A stretch of DNA of 32,064 nucleotides, taken from positions 1-32,064 of the IMG/VR virus record IMGVR_UViG_3300009075_000013, one strand, 5' to 3'. Below the pieces are notes generated by a model that worked only from the letters and a program-made list of their open reading frames with translations, was not told the origin of the DNA and ran no database searches. Each line of letters starts with the position of its first letter. The stretch's first letter is position 1. Below, piece by piece: positions 7,286-18,220 of this stretch. This DNA comes from a virus. Taxonomy: Duplodnaviria > Caudoviricetes. The translations under genes and the position numbers were made by a program.

Positions 7286-10200
7286 ATGGCAGTTAAAAAC
7301 GTAATTTTCAGACTTCAAGCCGAAACCGGCGCGCTTCGAAAAGAACTTGACGAAATCAAGAAATCAATGACGGGAATCGGATCTTCCGTCGATAACGTTG
7401 AAAAAGAATTTCAAGGATTGACCGGAACGATTAAAAAAGTTGGCCTTGCTTTGGGCGGCCTTGCAATCGGTCAACAACTTGTCGGATTCGGAAAAAGCGC
7501 GATTCAATCGGCCGCCGACTTTGAAAGCCTTCAGATTTCTTTCACTACCTTTTTAGGATCAGCCGACAAAGCGAATGAAGTTCTTGCTGAACTTCAGGAA
7601 TTTTCAGCCTTGACGCCTTTCACCGGCGAACAAGTTCAAACGGCCGGAAAAGCGCTTCTTGCTTTTGGAGTTGAAGCCGACGATCTTCAAGAATCACTTC
7701 GAAAGGTCGGAGATATTTCAGCCGGAACCGGAAAAGACTTCAATGAATTAGCCGTAATTTTTGGAAAAGCGAAAGTTCAAGGAACGCTTTTCGCTGAAGA
7801 TATTAACCAATTAACAGAAGCCGGCGTTCCGGTTATTCAGGAATTCGCCAAACAATTAGGCGTTTCGGAATCTGAAGTCAAAAAATTAGGATCTGAAGGA
7901 AAGATCAACTTCGGAAACCTGGAAAAAGCGTTCACAAGTTTAACCGGCGAAGGCGGAAAGTTCTTCAACCTTACGGAATCGCTTTCGCAATCAACAACGG
8001 GCCGCCTTTCAACGCTTGAAGACAATTGGGACCAACTGAAAAGAACGATCGGCGAAGGCCTTCTTCCGGTTGTTGAAGTATTCCTTGAAGCCGGAAACAG
8101 AACAATCGAATTCCTTCGAAACTTGCCGACCTTCATTGAAGAAAACAAAAATTCAATTATCGCTTTCGGCGCGGCGATCGGAATTCTTGTCGGTTATTTG
8201 ACGCGACAAAATCAAATTCAAATTGTAAATTCAGCGATAAAATTAAAAGACAATATTGTCGAAAGGGTTTCAAGCGCAATTCAACGACAAAAAGCGGCCG
8301 CCGTTGCTTTGAATACAAAAGTCACACAAAGGGCAACAATTGCACAAAAGGCCGGAACGTTAGCAACGGCCGCCGGGACTTCAGCCTTTCGGCTTTTTAA
8401 TACGGCGATCAAAGCGAATCCGATCGGACTTCTTGTTTCGGGACTTTCGCTTCTTGCCGGCGCTTTTTTTGACTTTGGCGACGGAATAGAAGAAACAAAT
8501 GAAAGTTTAGAAGACGCCGAAGACGGCTTGTTCGGTTTTGAATCGGCTTCGCAATCAGTCAACAAGGTAACTGAAGAAACGAACAAGCGCGTCGCCGAAG
8601 AAGCCGCCGGATTCAAAGTTTTATTGAATGAATTGAAAAACACGAACGCCGGATCTGAAGAACGAAGTCAATTGATCAACAAGATAAATTCACAATACGG
8701 AACAACCTTGAAGAACCTGAAGGACGAAACGGCCTTTATTCAACAACTTGATCAAGCCTACAAAGATTATCTTTCTACACTTAAACAACGAATTTTTCAG
8801 GAAGTGAAATCTGAAGAAATTACACGCCTTGTAACAAAACAAATCGAACTTGAAGAAAAGATCGCAAAAGAAACAAGAAAACTTCAGAAAGAAGCGCTTC
8901 CAAAAGGAACAATTGTCGCCGGAAGGCCGATTGAAGTTGACGAAAAAGGAATTGAAACTTTAGGATCAATCCGGCGTCGTTTAACGCTTGAAGCAAAAGA
9001 ACTTGACAAGGCCGAAGCGTCACTTTTCGACGTTGAAAACGCACTTGACGGCCTGGCAAATTCTTTTAATAAATTTCAAGACGCTGATCCTTTGGGAACC
9101 GGAAAAACCGGAGGAACGGCGCCGGCGCCAAAAGTAAAGGCGACGGCCGATAAAATCAAGTCAATTCTTGAAGATCTGAAAAAAGAACTTGATTCAGTTA
9201 ATCAAGATATAACAAAACAAAACGCCGAATTGATTGACGCGGACAACTTCGAAGCACAAATTGAAAGAATCAAGAAGATCGCGGCGGCTGAAAATTCAGC
9301 GCTTGAAGCAAAAATCGCACAAAGAAAAAAGGAAGCAACCGACAAGAATGAAGACGACGAAGAAGCCGTTCTTTTTGACGCTATATTGAAACAACAACTT
9401 CTTCTTAACGAACAAAAACTTCAATCAGAAATTTCAAAGATCCAAAAACAAGCGGCCGAAGAACGACGAAAAACACAATTCGAACTTGATAAGACTGAAC
9501 AAGATATTGAATTCTTTGAAACTGAACTTGACGACTTCAGGACCTTAAACGAAAACAAGGAAGCCTTGAATTCTGAATTGAATCAGGCGGCTTCAGAAGA
9601 AGAAAAGAAATTGATTCAAGAAAAGATTGACGGCGTTAACGAAATCCTGAAGAAAAGTCTTGAAAATCAACTTGAATTTCAGATCAAAAGAATTGAAGAC
9701 GAACGCGACTTTCAATTGATAAGTTCAGGACTTTCAGGAAACGATTTGACTGAAAATCAACAACTTGAACGTCAATTGATTATTCGTCAAGCGGACCTTG
9801 AAATCTTGAAGCAAAGACAAGACTTCAACGATCAGATCGAAGATCTTGATTCTGAAGTAACTGACAAGACGAAGGAACAACAAAAGGAACGAACCGAAGC
9901 GATTAAAGAAGGAATTCGCGAAGTTCTTGAAGCAACGGCCGACCTTGTGAACAAATTACTTGAAGCACAAATCGCGATAACTGACAATCAAATTTCGCAA
10001 CAACAAAAGCGCGTTGATCAAGCGAAAGAAATCGCCGAAAACGGAAACGCGGCTTTGTTGGCGGCTGAAGAAGACCGGTTGAACAAACTGAACAAACAAC
10101 GCGAAAAATTCGTTCGCGCACAACAAGCGCTTGCGGCGATCGAACTTGTCGCGAATTCAATTGTTGCTATTTCGAAAGCGGCGGCACAAGGCGGCGCGGC

Positions 10201-10621
10201 GGCGCCTTTCACTATTGCGGCGACGCTTATCGCTTTGGCTTCCGGATTGATTGCGGCAAAAGCACAAGCACAAAGCGCGGCTTCCGGATTCGCTTCAGGT
10301 GGTTATACCGGCGACGGCGGAAAATATCAACCGGCCGGAACCGTTCACAAAGGCGAATTCGTCTTCAATAAGGAAACGACTTCAAGATTCAGGCCTTTGT
10401 TTGAAGATTTACACAAAGGAAGAAATCCTTTCTTGACTGAAGGATTGTCCGAACGCGTTATTGTTGTCAACAATTTCGGATTCGACGAAAAACTTGAACG
10501 AATTGAAAAGGCGATTCAAAATCAAGATCGCTTGAAGTTAGTAATTGACGAACGCGGCGTTTCCGGAATCGTTACGCGAATTCAAGCAAAAGACAAACGA
10601 ATCAGAAACAAAGTCAGCTAA
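7286..10621 (+). CDS. Tape measure protein (~1111 aa)
   Basis: Tape-measure domain (FSALTPF..DINQLTEAGVP..GRLSTLEDNW), coiled coils, TM patches, FASGGYTG..AGTVHKGEFV; ATG 7286 preferred. Confidence 0.95.
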   Translation: MAVKNVIFRLQAETGALRKELDEIKKSMTGIGSSVDNVEKEFQGLTGTIKKVGLALGGLAIGQQLVGFGKSAIQSAADFESLQISFTTFLGSADKANEVLAELQEFSALTPFTGEQVQTAGKALLAFGVEADDLQESLRKVGDISAGTGKDFNELAVIFGKAKVQGTLFAEDINQLTEAGVPVIQEFAKQLGVSESEVKKLGSEGKINFGNLEKAFTSLTGEGGKFFNLTESLSQSTTGRLSTLEDNWDQLKRTIGEGLLPVVEVFLEAGNRTIEFLRNLPTFIEENKNSIIAFGAAIGILVGYLTRQNQIQIVNSAIKLKDNIVERVSSAIQRQKAAAVALNTKVTQRATIAQKAGTLATAAGTSAFRLFNTAIKANPIGLLVSGLSLLAGAFFDFGDGIEETNESLEDAEDGLFGFESASQSVNKVTEETNKRVAEEAAGFKVLLNELKNTNAGSEERSQLINKINSQYGTTLKNLKDETAFIQQLDQAYKDYLSTLKQRIFQEVKSEEITRLVTKQIELEEKIAKETRKLQKEALPKGTIVAGRPIEVDEKGIETLGSIRRRLTLEAKELDKAEASLFDVENALDGLANSFNKFQDADPLGTGKTGGTAPAPKVKATADKIKSILEDLKKELDSVNQDITKQNAELIDADNFEAQIERIKKIAAAENSALEAKIAQRKKEATDKNEDDEEAVLFDAILKQQLLLNEQKLQSEISKIQKQAAEERRKTQFELDKTEQDIEFFETELDDFRTLNENKEALNSELNQAASEEEKKLIQEKIDGVNEILKKSLENQLEFQIKRIEDERDFQLISSGLSGNDLTENQQLERQLIIRQADLEILKQRQDFNDQIEDLDSEVTDKTKEQQKERTEAIKEGIREVLEATADLVNKLLEAQIAITDNQISQQQKRVDQAKEIAENGNAALLAAEEDRLNKLNKQREKFVRAQQALAAIELVANSIVAISKAAAQGGAAAPFTIAATLIALASGLIAAKAQAQSAASGFASGGYTGDGGKYQPAGTVHKGEFVFNKETTSRFRPLFEDLHKGRNPFLTEGLSERVIVVNNFGFDEKLERIEKAIQNQDRLKLVIDERGVSGIVTRIQAKDKRIRNKVS

Positions 10622-10624
10622 AAG

Positions 10625-12406
10625 ATGAAAATTGAATTAAACGGAACGCCGATAAGTGGCCGAATTGACGGAACGGAACAATTCCAGGTCACGCAATCAA
10701 GAAAAAGTAACGAAGGAAAGATTTCAAAAGCCTTTTCAAGTGAATTAACCTTCTTCGACGACGGTTATCAACTTATCAAATCAATATTGATCGACGATCC
10801 GAACGGCTTTGTCAACTCTATAACGATTGAAGTTTTTGACGAATGTTGTCAAGAATCAGTTTTCAAAGGTATTATTCGCGGCGATTCAATTGACTATTGC
10901 GAACCTGGTTGTTCGGTTTCTTGTAACATTATCGAAGAAGACGAAGCCTTGAATTGCGTTAAAAGTACCTTGATTTGGGACAATTGGAACGGCTTTCGCG
11001 ACCGGAATCAACCGGTTGTTCGTTATTGCATTGAATTACGGCCTTCTTTCGTTCAAATCATTCTTGTTTTTTTGGCTTTTATATTGAATTTGATCTTGTT
11101 TGCGGTCCTGATTCCTTTGATCGCGGTTATCTTTGTAATTTTCGGAATCATTTATTTGATTTGTCAAGTTATCGCGGTTATTGCTTCAATTATTCCGGGC
11201 GTTGATCCGCCTGATTGTAATTCCGGTTTTACAAATCCGATTAACGTAATTAATCAAATAATTGAAGCAATTGACAACCTGAACAATTCGCTTGTCGGTT
11301 GTGGACGATTTCACCCGTCGCCGTATGTTCGCGACTATTTAACGAACGTTTGTCAGAAATGCGGACTTCAGTTTCAGTCTTCAATTTTCAACGACGCTTC
11401 TTCGCCTTACTTCAATACCGTTCTTTTTGCGGCTGAAGTTCGAAAAGGTTTTTCGGCGACTTCAACAAACTTCGCTTTGATTGACGAAAACAAGCCTATT
11501 TTGACCGGTGAACGCCTTCTGAATGATTACTTGAATATTACTTTTAATGCTGAATGGAGAATAATAAACGGAATCTTGATATTCGAAAGAAAAGACTTCT
11601 TTCAAAACCTTGCAACCTGGATCAATACCGACGAACTTCTTCAACAAGGAAGACTTCTTGACGATCAAGTTTGTTTTTCCTGGATCGACAAGGAAAGACC
11701 GGCTTTCGCGCGCCTGGAATGGTCAAAAGACGCGCAAGAATATATCGGTTATGAAGCCGCCGATCGTTACAATGAAATAGTAGAATGGAATTCGCCGCCT
11801 TCGCCGCTTCAATCAGGCGAAAGAACGGTTTCCGTTCCTTTTGGTCCGGCCCGTTTTCGTGACGACGGAATTGAAGTTGATATTCTTTCTTTTCTTGGCG
11901 GTTTTCTTGGCGGTGCAATTGACGCGATTTTCTTCGGCGCCTTTACTGAATGGGAAAATGTTCTTCTAATGAATCAACACACGGCTTTCAATTACAAACT
12001 TTTGATTCTGAAGGATTCGTCACCGAATGACAACAACCTTGTAAAAAGCAACTATTCAAACACTTTCACCGGCGGACAATTATTCGGTTATCAAACAATG
12101 CCTGACGAAGCCGTTTTGAATCTTCCTATTGCTTCAAATCAAAGATTCAATTATCCTTTGTGGTTTTATGAAGGAAGGAACAACAATCTTCTTTCTTTGT
12201 TTCATTATATCGACAATCCGCGACTTCCAGGAACGCAACAATTCAATTTTGAATTCACTTTTGTTTTTGATTGCGAAGAATATTTGAATTTTAATTTCGA
12301 TAAAACCGTTCGCCTTGTGAAAGGTGGCGTTTTTCTTGACGGCGTTGTTGAAGAAATTCAAGTCGATTTCACTTCGCGAACGATAACCGTTCAAGGAATT
12401 GTTTAA
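10625..12406 (+). CDS. Tail tip/baseplate hub-like protein with internal hydrophobic segment (593 aa)
   Basis: Immediately after the TMP; beta-rich; 14 Cys; ~50-aa hydrophobic stretch. Confidence 0.6.
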   Translation: MKIELNGTPISGRIDGTEQFQVTQSRKSNEGKISKAFSSELTFFDDGYQLIKSILIDDPNGFVNSITIEVFDECCQESVFKGIIRGDSIDYCEPGCSVSCNIIEEDEALNCVKSTLIWDNWNGFRDRNQPVVRYCIELRPSFVQIILVFLAFILNLILFAVLIPLIAVIFVIFGIIYLICQVIAVIASIIPGVDPPDCNSGFTNPINVINQIIEAIDNLNNSLVGCGRFHPSPYVRDYLTNVCQKCGLQFQSSIFNDASSPYFNTVLFAAEVRKGFSATSTNFALIDENKPILTGERLLNDYLNITFNAEWRIINGILIFERKDFFQNLATWINTDELLQQGRLLDDQVCFSWIDKERPAFARLEWSKDAQEYIGYEAADRYNEIVEWNSPPSPLQSGERTVSVPFGPARFRDDGIEVDILSFLGGFLGGAIDAIFFGAFTEWENVLLMNQHTAFNYKLLILKDSSPNDNNLVKSNYSNTFTGGQLFGYQTMPDEAVLNLPIASNQRFNYPLWFYEGRNNNLLSLFHYIDNPRLPGTQQFNFEFTFVFDCEEYLNFNFDKTVRLVKGGVFLDGVVEEIQVDFTSRTITVQGIV

Positions 12407-12432
12407 ATTTGTTTAATATAAAACTTTAAAAC

Positions 12433-15303
12433 GTGCCGAATTTATCAAATTGCTTACCTATTTCGCCGGCGGTCAATCAGATCTTTTCGGGTTGTTGTTG
12501 TGAAAAGACTTGCTTCATAGTCAAAAAGCCTTTTTCACCGACGCGGACAATTACTGACATTTTTCCGACCGGTCCGAACGCTTCAATGATTGAAATTGTT
12601 TCCGTCAACGGCGTTCCTTATACCGGCGGAAGTCCGAACGCGCCTTTTCCTTTTAATATTTCAGGCGCTTCAAGCGTTCCGGTCGTTATTCGTTTTTGTT
12701 CGAACGCCGTTATCAATGTTCTTCATCAAGTACCACTTCAAATAAACTATTCTTCGCAAGGCGGCGGTTCAAGCGTTATATTATTTGATTTCTTGACGCT
12801 TGATCCAACTTTGTATTTTTCACCTATTGCGGCAAGTTTTGCTTTCGGAATTAAGCCGGTCGGTTCAACGTCACCTTATCCAATAACTTTCAACAATCCG
12901 ACAATTTGCGACGTTGAACTTGATCCGACTTTTCAACCTTTAATCGGTGGCGATTGTTCAGGATTGAACGTCAATCAACCTTCGCCTTTTACCGTTCCGG
13001 CCGGAACAATTTCAAACATAATAGTCGATTATTCGCCGACGATTGTCGCGTCGTTGAATTGCAATCTTCGAATTTCAGTTTGTGGAATCAATCGCTTTTT
13101 AACTCAATTTACCGGATCTTCAATCATTGATTCAAGTTGTCTTGTTTGTTCTGATATAAGGATTTCGACTGAAGGCGGCTTCATTGACGAAGATCAATTG
13201 ACTTGTGACGGTTCTTCAACGCAAGCCTATTATAATTTTGGCGCTATTGGTGAAAGAAAGTTGATAAAATTGTCATTCTATTATTCGCCTGGACTTCAAA
13301 ACGGCGTTGAAATTTTCTTCAATCCTGAATTGTGGGCGGACTTTTGCAATTTCGGCGCTTATTACGGAAGCGGACAAGTTGATTCGCCGCCGCCGGTTTC
13401 TTATTACTTGAATTATTCAACCGGAATCGGAACGGTTCAACTTCCTTTAATCGGCGCCGGATCAGCAACGAACACGCAAAGAAACTTTAAGGCGTATTTC
13501 GTTGAATCGTTAACAAATCCAGGATTTGAATTTGATTTGATCCTTGACTTCTATTTGACGCAAGATCTTAATTCCTGGCTGAATTCAACAAACTTAATCA
13601 ACAAAGATCGCCTTTTAAAGAATTCAATCACTTCAGGACTGATCCTTGACAATTCGCTTCCTTCAGTTTATAACCAAAAGAAAACCGCTTGTTTCTTGAT
13701 CTTCATTTCAGATCCGAACATTCTTGTCGCGAATCAATTCAATCAACTTGTTCCTTTTACTTGTGCAAAAGTTGACACCGTTTGGAATTCTTTCAAGTTC
13801 TACAACAAAGGACTTTTCAACGGTCCTTCAGAATTTACGAATCCGATCTTAAACCTGGAAAGAAGCACAAATCCGGTTCTTGACTTTTCGACGGTTATTG
13901 AAACCGACGTTGAATTCAGGATCACGGCGCCGCCGGGTGCAATTCTTCGCGATTGCGTTTTTTGGCTGATCGACGCTTCAAATACGAACAACGTTATCGA
14001 CTTTTTTGACAATTACGATTCAAGCCGAAGTCCGATCGTAACAATTCCAGGCGCGGCGGTTATCGCGAACGATCTTCGATCGCCTTCAGTCGGACCGACG
14101 CTTTTATTCGGTTCAACTTATTCGGTGAAAGCAAAGGTCGCGACAACGGTCAACGCAACCGGATCTTATTATTTGATCGCTATTTGTTACGATAATGTAG
14201 CAAAACTTGTAAATTCATTTATTTTCGGACCTATTGAAGTCACGGAAACACCTTCGGCGGAAGACGGTTGTTGTCCGGTTGCGTTTAATTCTTTTTTTGA
14301 CGATTACAACAAAACGCTTTCAACCTTTTGCGCGGCGGCGACGGTTAAGGATCGAATAAGACACCGAACAAAAACAACCGGCGGCGATCTTCAAAAGAAA
14401 TGCTTTGACGAATGGGGCGTTGATCCTGATATTCAATCAGCTAACTTCTTGACTTATATCAAAGATATATCTTTGAACGTCTTCAAGGAAGTCGTTGATT
14501 TTCCTTCAGTCGGTCAAACAACCTTCTTCGTTTTTGGCGAATACAAGTCAATTCGAATTCCTGGCTTTCCAGGCAACTTCAACAACCTTTCGCCTGATTT
14601 CGTTGTTTCTGACAACTTTCCGGCGCTTGTTGGTCAAGTTGAAACTTCTTTTGAAACGCGCGTTCGTTACGAATCGAACTTGTCGCCTTTGAAGGTTTTG
14701 ATTGCAAACAACGCGACGCCTTTCACGCGAACACTTGTCGCCGGTCCGCTTGCAGCCGCTTATATTTCAGCGAACAACGCTTCTTTCAATTGGGCCGGTG
14801 AAAATATATTTTTTGAATATCAAGTCAATTTTGATTTTTCTTCGATCTTCAATGTTCCTTTTGAAGTTTGTCAAGTAACGCGCGCACTTCTTCAGACTTT
14901 CGACTTTGAAGGATCGCCGACTTTTGACTTAATGCAATCTTTGAAGATATACAAGCCGGACGAAACCGATCCTTTGCTATTAGGTGACGAAGTGAACGGT
15001 CCTTTTTGTCCTGGATCAATTCCGTTCTTATACGTTGAAATTGAAAAACAAATCGGCGTCCTTGACGATCTTAACTTGATCGCGTTGATTGAACCGATTC
15101 CGGGCGGAATAAACCTTCTTGAAGAAGAAGAAAGTTATCTTTCAAGCGCTTCAGTTCCTTTGATTCAACTTTCGACGCCGAAATTGTTCGACGTTGATTC
15201 AACTTTCGGACTTGACAACAAGGCGCGCTTCAAGATTGACTTGTCAAATCTTGGTCCTGGATCCTGGTCAATTTGTGGAATTGGTAAACTAATAAGAAAA
15301 TAA
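12433..15303 (+). CDS. Large Cys-rich virion protein with Ig-like domains, candidate receptor-binding/tail tip (956 aa)
   Basis: Beta-rich; ASH/choice-of-anchor-D-like segment FAFGIKPVGSTSPYPITFNN..FTVPAG..VDYSP; ~25 Cys. Confidence 0.6.
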   Translation: MPNLSNCLPISPAVNQIFSGCCCEKTCFIVKKPFSPTRTITDIFPTGPNASMIEIVSVNGVPYTGGSPNAPFPFNISGASSVPVVIRFCSNAVINVLHQVPLQINYSSQGGGSSVILFDFLTLDPTLYFSPIAASFAFGIKPVGSTSPYPITFNNPTICDVELDPTFQPLIGGDCSGLNVNQPSPFTVPAGTISNIIVDYSPTIVASLNCNLRISVCGINRFLTQFTGSSIIDSSCLVCSDIRISTEGGFIDEDQLTCDGSSTQAYYNFGAIGERKLIKLSFYYSPGLQNGVEIFFNPELWADFCNFGAYYGSGQVDSPPPVSYYLNYSTGIGTVQLPLIGAGSATNTQRNFKAYFVESLTNPGFEFDLILDFYLTQDLNSWLNSTNLINKDRLLKNSITSGLILDNSLPSVYNQKKTACFLIFISDPNILVANQFNQLVPFTCAKVDTVWNSFKFYNKGLFNGPSEFTNPILNLERSTNPVLDFSTVIETDVEFRITAPPGAILRDCVFWLIDASNTNNVIDFFDNYDSSRSPIVTIPGAAVIANDLRSPSVGPTLLFGSTYSVKAKVATTVNATGSYYLIAICYDNVAKLVNSFIFGPIEVTETPSAEDGCCPVAFNSFFDDYNKTLSTFCAAATVKDRIRHRTKTTGGDLQKKCFDEWGVDPDIQSANFLTYIKDISLNVFKEVVDFPSVGQTTFFVFGEYKSIRIPGFPGNFNNLSPDFVVSDNFPALVGQVETSFETRVRYESNLSPLKVLIANNATPFTRTLVAGPLAAAYISANNASFNWAGENIFFEYQVNFDFSSIFNVPFEVCQVTRALLQTFDFEGSPTFDLMQSLKIYKPDETDPLLLGDEVNGPFCPGSIPFLYVEIEKQIGVLDDLNLIALIEPIPGGINLLEEEESYLSSASVPLIQLSTPKLFDVDSTFGLDNKARFKIDLSNLGPGSWSICGIGKLIRK

Positions 15304-15304
15304 A

Positions 15305-16318
15305 ATGAATTATCAAATCGGATCAAAAGTCTTTTGTGACTTTACGCCTGAATTTACTTGTCAATCATTCGATTCAAGAACGATTTGTCAAACATTGACG
15401 CTTTTAGATTGTTTTGGTCCTTGCGATCGCCTTGTTGTGAACAACGGCCTTCTTCTTTGCGATTGCGAAGATTCCTGGAATTGTCGCCTTTGTTCAAACG
15501 ATCTTCCTTTTTGGAATACCGTCAACGCCGGCGATCAGATCTTTTTCCAATTTCAACAACCGGATCAGGCGAACGGAATTGATCCTGACGATCCTGGCGT
15601 TTTTGGTTGGGGCGATCAGGCAAGATATAAAGTCTTTCGTTGTTGTGACGACGTTGAAATCGTTTTGCCGCTTTCTGAAGTTCCGAATTATTACGTCGGA
15701 CTTTACGAACAAAAGAACTATAAAGGCGAATCGTCCTTTTTTAATATTCAACAAATTCAATTCGACGTCAACGCGATAATTAACGCCGGTTTCAATGGTG
15801 ACTTCGGTTCTGATAATTGCTTTTATTTCAAGTTTGAATTCGCGACAAACAAGACAAGGACTGAATTTGAAGAATTTTGTTCAGAACCTTTCAAGTTGAA
15901 TTCTTGTCTTCAATCAACGATTTTAACTGAAGGAATTTATTCAAACAAGGATTGTTTCGGTTATTTTTACGGCGCGCCGGTTTGGTCGGTTGGCGATCCT
16001 TTCTTTTATTCAAATCAATATCGCGTCAAAGGCGTTCTTGAACTTCAAAACTTTGAAATTGAAAAAGAAGTTGTGACGCGTCAACTTTTAGCGACGAATT
16101 CGCAACAATGCGAAAACTATACGTTGAACACTTATAACATACCGAAAGAAGTCGCGAAGATCCTTTCAGGAATATTCGCCGCGCGCGAAGTTTATCTTGA
16201 TTCAATCGTTTATCAGGTCGAAGGATCAGTTGATAAGAACAACGAAATCGGTTCGCAATGGTATCTTAGTACAAAGTTCAAGCGTTGTGAATGTTATCAA
16301 GACTTTAGTTGTTTATAA
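15305..16318 (+). CDS. Cys-rich minor tail protein (337 aa)
   Basis: In the tail block; 19 Cys. Confidence 0.6.
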   Translation: MNYQIGSKVFCDFTPEFTCQSFDSRTICQTLTLLDCFGPCDRLVVNNGLLLCDCEDSWNCRLCSNDLPFWNTVNAGDQIFFQFQQPDQANGIDPDDPGVFGWGDQARYKVFRCCDDVEIVLPLSEVPNYYVGLYEQKNYKGESSFFNIQQIQFDVNAIINAGFNGDFGSDNCFYFKFEFATNKTRTEFEEFCSEPFKLNSCLQSTILTEGIYSNKDCFGYFYGAPVWSVGDPFFYSNQYRVKGVLELQNFEIEKEVVTRQLLATNSQQCENYTLNTYNIPKEVAKILSGIFAAREVYLDSIVYQVEGSVDKNNEIGSQWYLSTKFKRCECYQDFSCL

Positions 16319-16326
16319 AAAAACGT

Positions 16327-16334
16327 TAAATTTG
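16327..16334 (+). promoter_or_regulatory. Possible TAnnTTTG box before the portal gene
   Basis: TAAATTTG (also at 12404-12411); very close to the start codon. Confidence 0.3.
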
Positions 16335-16338
16335 AATT

Positions 16339-18219
16339 ATGAATGTAGAAGAATATTTTTTGAACTTCAGTCCTGAATTTAAGACTGAAAATCGCGTGAA
16401 ATGGAATGAAGTTCGCGAAGATATGTTCGTTCACACGCGCGGAAAAGTTCCTGAAAAACTACTTGAAACAAGGCGGCCGAACGAAGACAAAGAAGTCTTT
16501 GATTATCGCGTTTCGATTTACGAACCGATTACAAAAGGCGCTATGAATAAGGCGATTGATCGTCTTTTCAGAATGTTTCAAGGCGCGAATTATTCAATCA
16601 AGGTTTCTGAAGGCCTTGACAACTACCTTTCAGAAGCGAAGTTCAACGGTGACTATTTTATTAACTTTATTCAAAAGAAGATCCTTCGAACAATGATCGA
16701 AGATCCGAACGGCGTTCTTGCCTGGATTCCTTCAGGCGAAGGCCTTGAAAATCCTTCTGTAAAAGTTGAAGTCCTTCCGGTTGTTGTCAGTTCTTCTTCA
16801 ATTACATTCTTGAACAAGGATCGTTCTTTTATAACCTGGAAAGCGGAAAACGAATCTTCTGAAGTCGTTATCGGCCAAAATAAAACAACAAAACAAGGCG
16901 AAGTCTTTTATTCGCTTTCAAAAGAAGGATTTTATAAGACGATTCAGGTCGGAAAAAAGATCGAAAAAAGATTCGAAACGTTCTTGATTTATGAACACAA
17001 TATCGGAATCGCGCCTTTCGTTATTTTAGGCGGAAACTTGACTTCTGAAGATTACTTCGAAAGTTTCTTTTCGCCTTTCATTCCTTTCGGAAACGAAACA
17101 ATTCGTCAGTTTTCAGATTGGCAAGGCGTAATGACAACAAGCGCTTTTCCTTATCGCGAAGAAGTCGCGGAAACTTGTTCGGCGAAGGGTTGTCGGAAAG
17201 GCTTTGTTTTTGACAAGGTGAAAGAAACCGAAACGACTTGTAAGGCTTGCAAAGGAACGGGCCTTGTTATGAATCGCAGCCCTTACGGGGCCTTTATTCG
17301 TTCAAAAGGATCTTCGCTTTTTGACGGTGAAAAAGGATCTTCAGAACCGCTTGTTCGTTTTATTTCGCCGCCGGTTGAAATTATCAAACATAGCGGCGAA
17401 GCGTGGGAAAAACTTCTTTCAAAAGCCGAAGACGCCTTGAATCTTCTTTTTGTTGACGAAGCGCAAAGCGGAAAAGCGAAAGAAATTGATCGCGAAGACG
17501 CTGATTCAATGCTGACAAAGATTTCAAACAATGTTTTCGACGAAATTATTTTCAATTCACTTCGATTTATTGAAAAATATCGCGAAATTGAAGGTTCGAT
17601 TGATCCGATTGTTGTCAAGCCGATTTCTTTCAGGATCAAAACTGAAGAATCTTTGATTGACGAATTGAATCAATTGTCGGACAAGAACGCGCCGATTGCT
17701 TTTCAGGTTGAAGCGACAAAGGATCTTGCAAGAAAAAGATTTTCAGGGAATACTTCAATTGCGCGAATCGTTGAAGTTTTGGTCGCTTTCGATCCGATAT
17801 TCAACGTCAAGACTTCTGACAAACAAATTCTTCTTGCTTCAGGAACGATCAAGAAATCCGATATTATCAAAAGCCTTTATTCTTATAAAGTATTGACTGA
17901 ACTTGTCGCGGAAAACGGGACCGAATTTCTTGAAAAGCCTTTGAAAGAAATATTCGCAACGCTTGACGCTGAACTTGTGAAATATTTCGACAACGCGCCT
18001 TCGATTTCAATTGAAGACGAACAAAAACTTGAATCACAAAGCAAGATTCGCGGTTCAGTCGGTGGCGTTCAAGGAATCATTGAAATCAATAAGGCCGTCG
18101 CTGAAGGTTCAATGTCGGAACAAGCCGGCGAAACTATCCTTGAATCAATTTATGGAATTGATCTTAATACGGCGCAAAAAATGGTTGAAAAAGGACAAGT
18201 TCAACCGGTAGTTGAATAG
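16339..18219 (+). CDS. Portal protein with CxxC Zn-finger-like insertion (626 aa)
   Basis: Size and position ahead of MuF-like, scaffold and capsid genes; CSAKGC..CKACKGTG. Confidence 0.75.
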   Translation: MNVEEYFLNFSPEFKTENRVKWNEVREDMFVHTRGKVPEKLLETRRPNEDKEVFDYRVSIYEPITKGAMNKAIDRLFRMFQGANYSIKVSEGLDNYLSEAKFNGDYFINFIQKKILRTMIEDPNGVLAWIPSGEGLENPSVKVEVLPVVVSSSSITFLNKDRSFITWKAENESSEVVIGQNKTTKQGEVFYSLSKEGFYKTIQVGKKIEKRFETFLIYEHNIGIAPFVILGGNLTSEDYFESFFSPFIPFGNETIRQFSDWQGVMTTSAFPYREEVAETCSAKGCRKGFVFDKVKETETTCKACKGTGLVMNRSPYGAFIRSKGSSLFDGEKGSSEPLVRFISPPVEIIKHSGEAWEKLLSKAEDALNLLFVDEAQSGKAKEIDREDADSMLTKISNNVFDEIIFNSLRFIEKYREIEGSIDPIVVKPISFRIKTEESLIDELNQLSDKNAPIAFQVEATKDLARKRFSGNTSIARIVEVLVAFDPIFNVKTSDKQILLASGTIKKSDIIKSLYSYKVLTELVAENGTEFLEKPLKEIFATLDAELVKYFDNAPSISIEDEQKLESQSKIRGSVGGVQGIIEINKAVAEGSMSEQAGETILESIYGIDLNTAQKMVEKGQVQPVVE

Positions 18220-18220
18220 T

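Noticed and set aside
12433-16318. Diversity-generating retroelement or invertible tail-fibre system
   Set aside because: No reverse transcriptase, invertase or template/variable repeat pair was seen.
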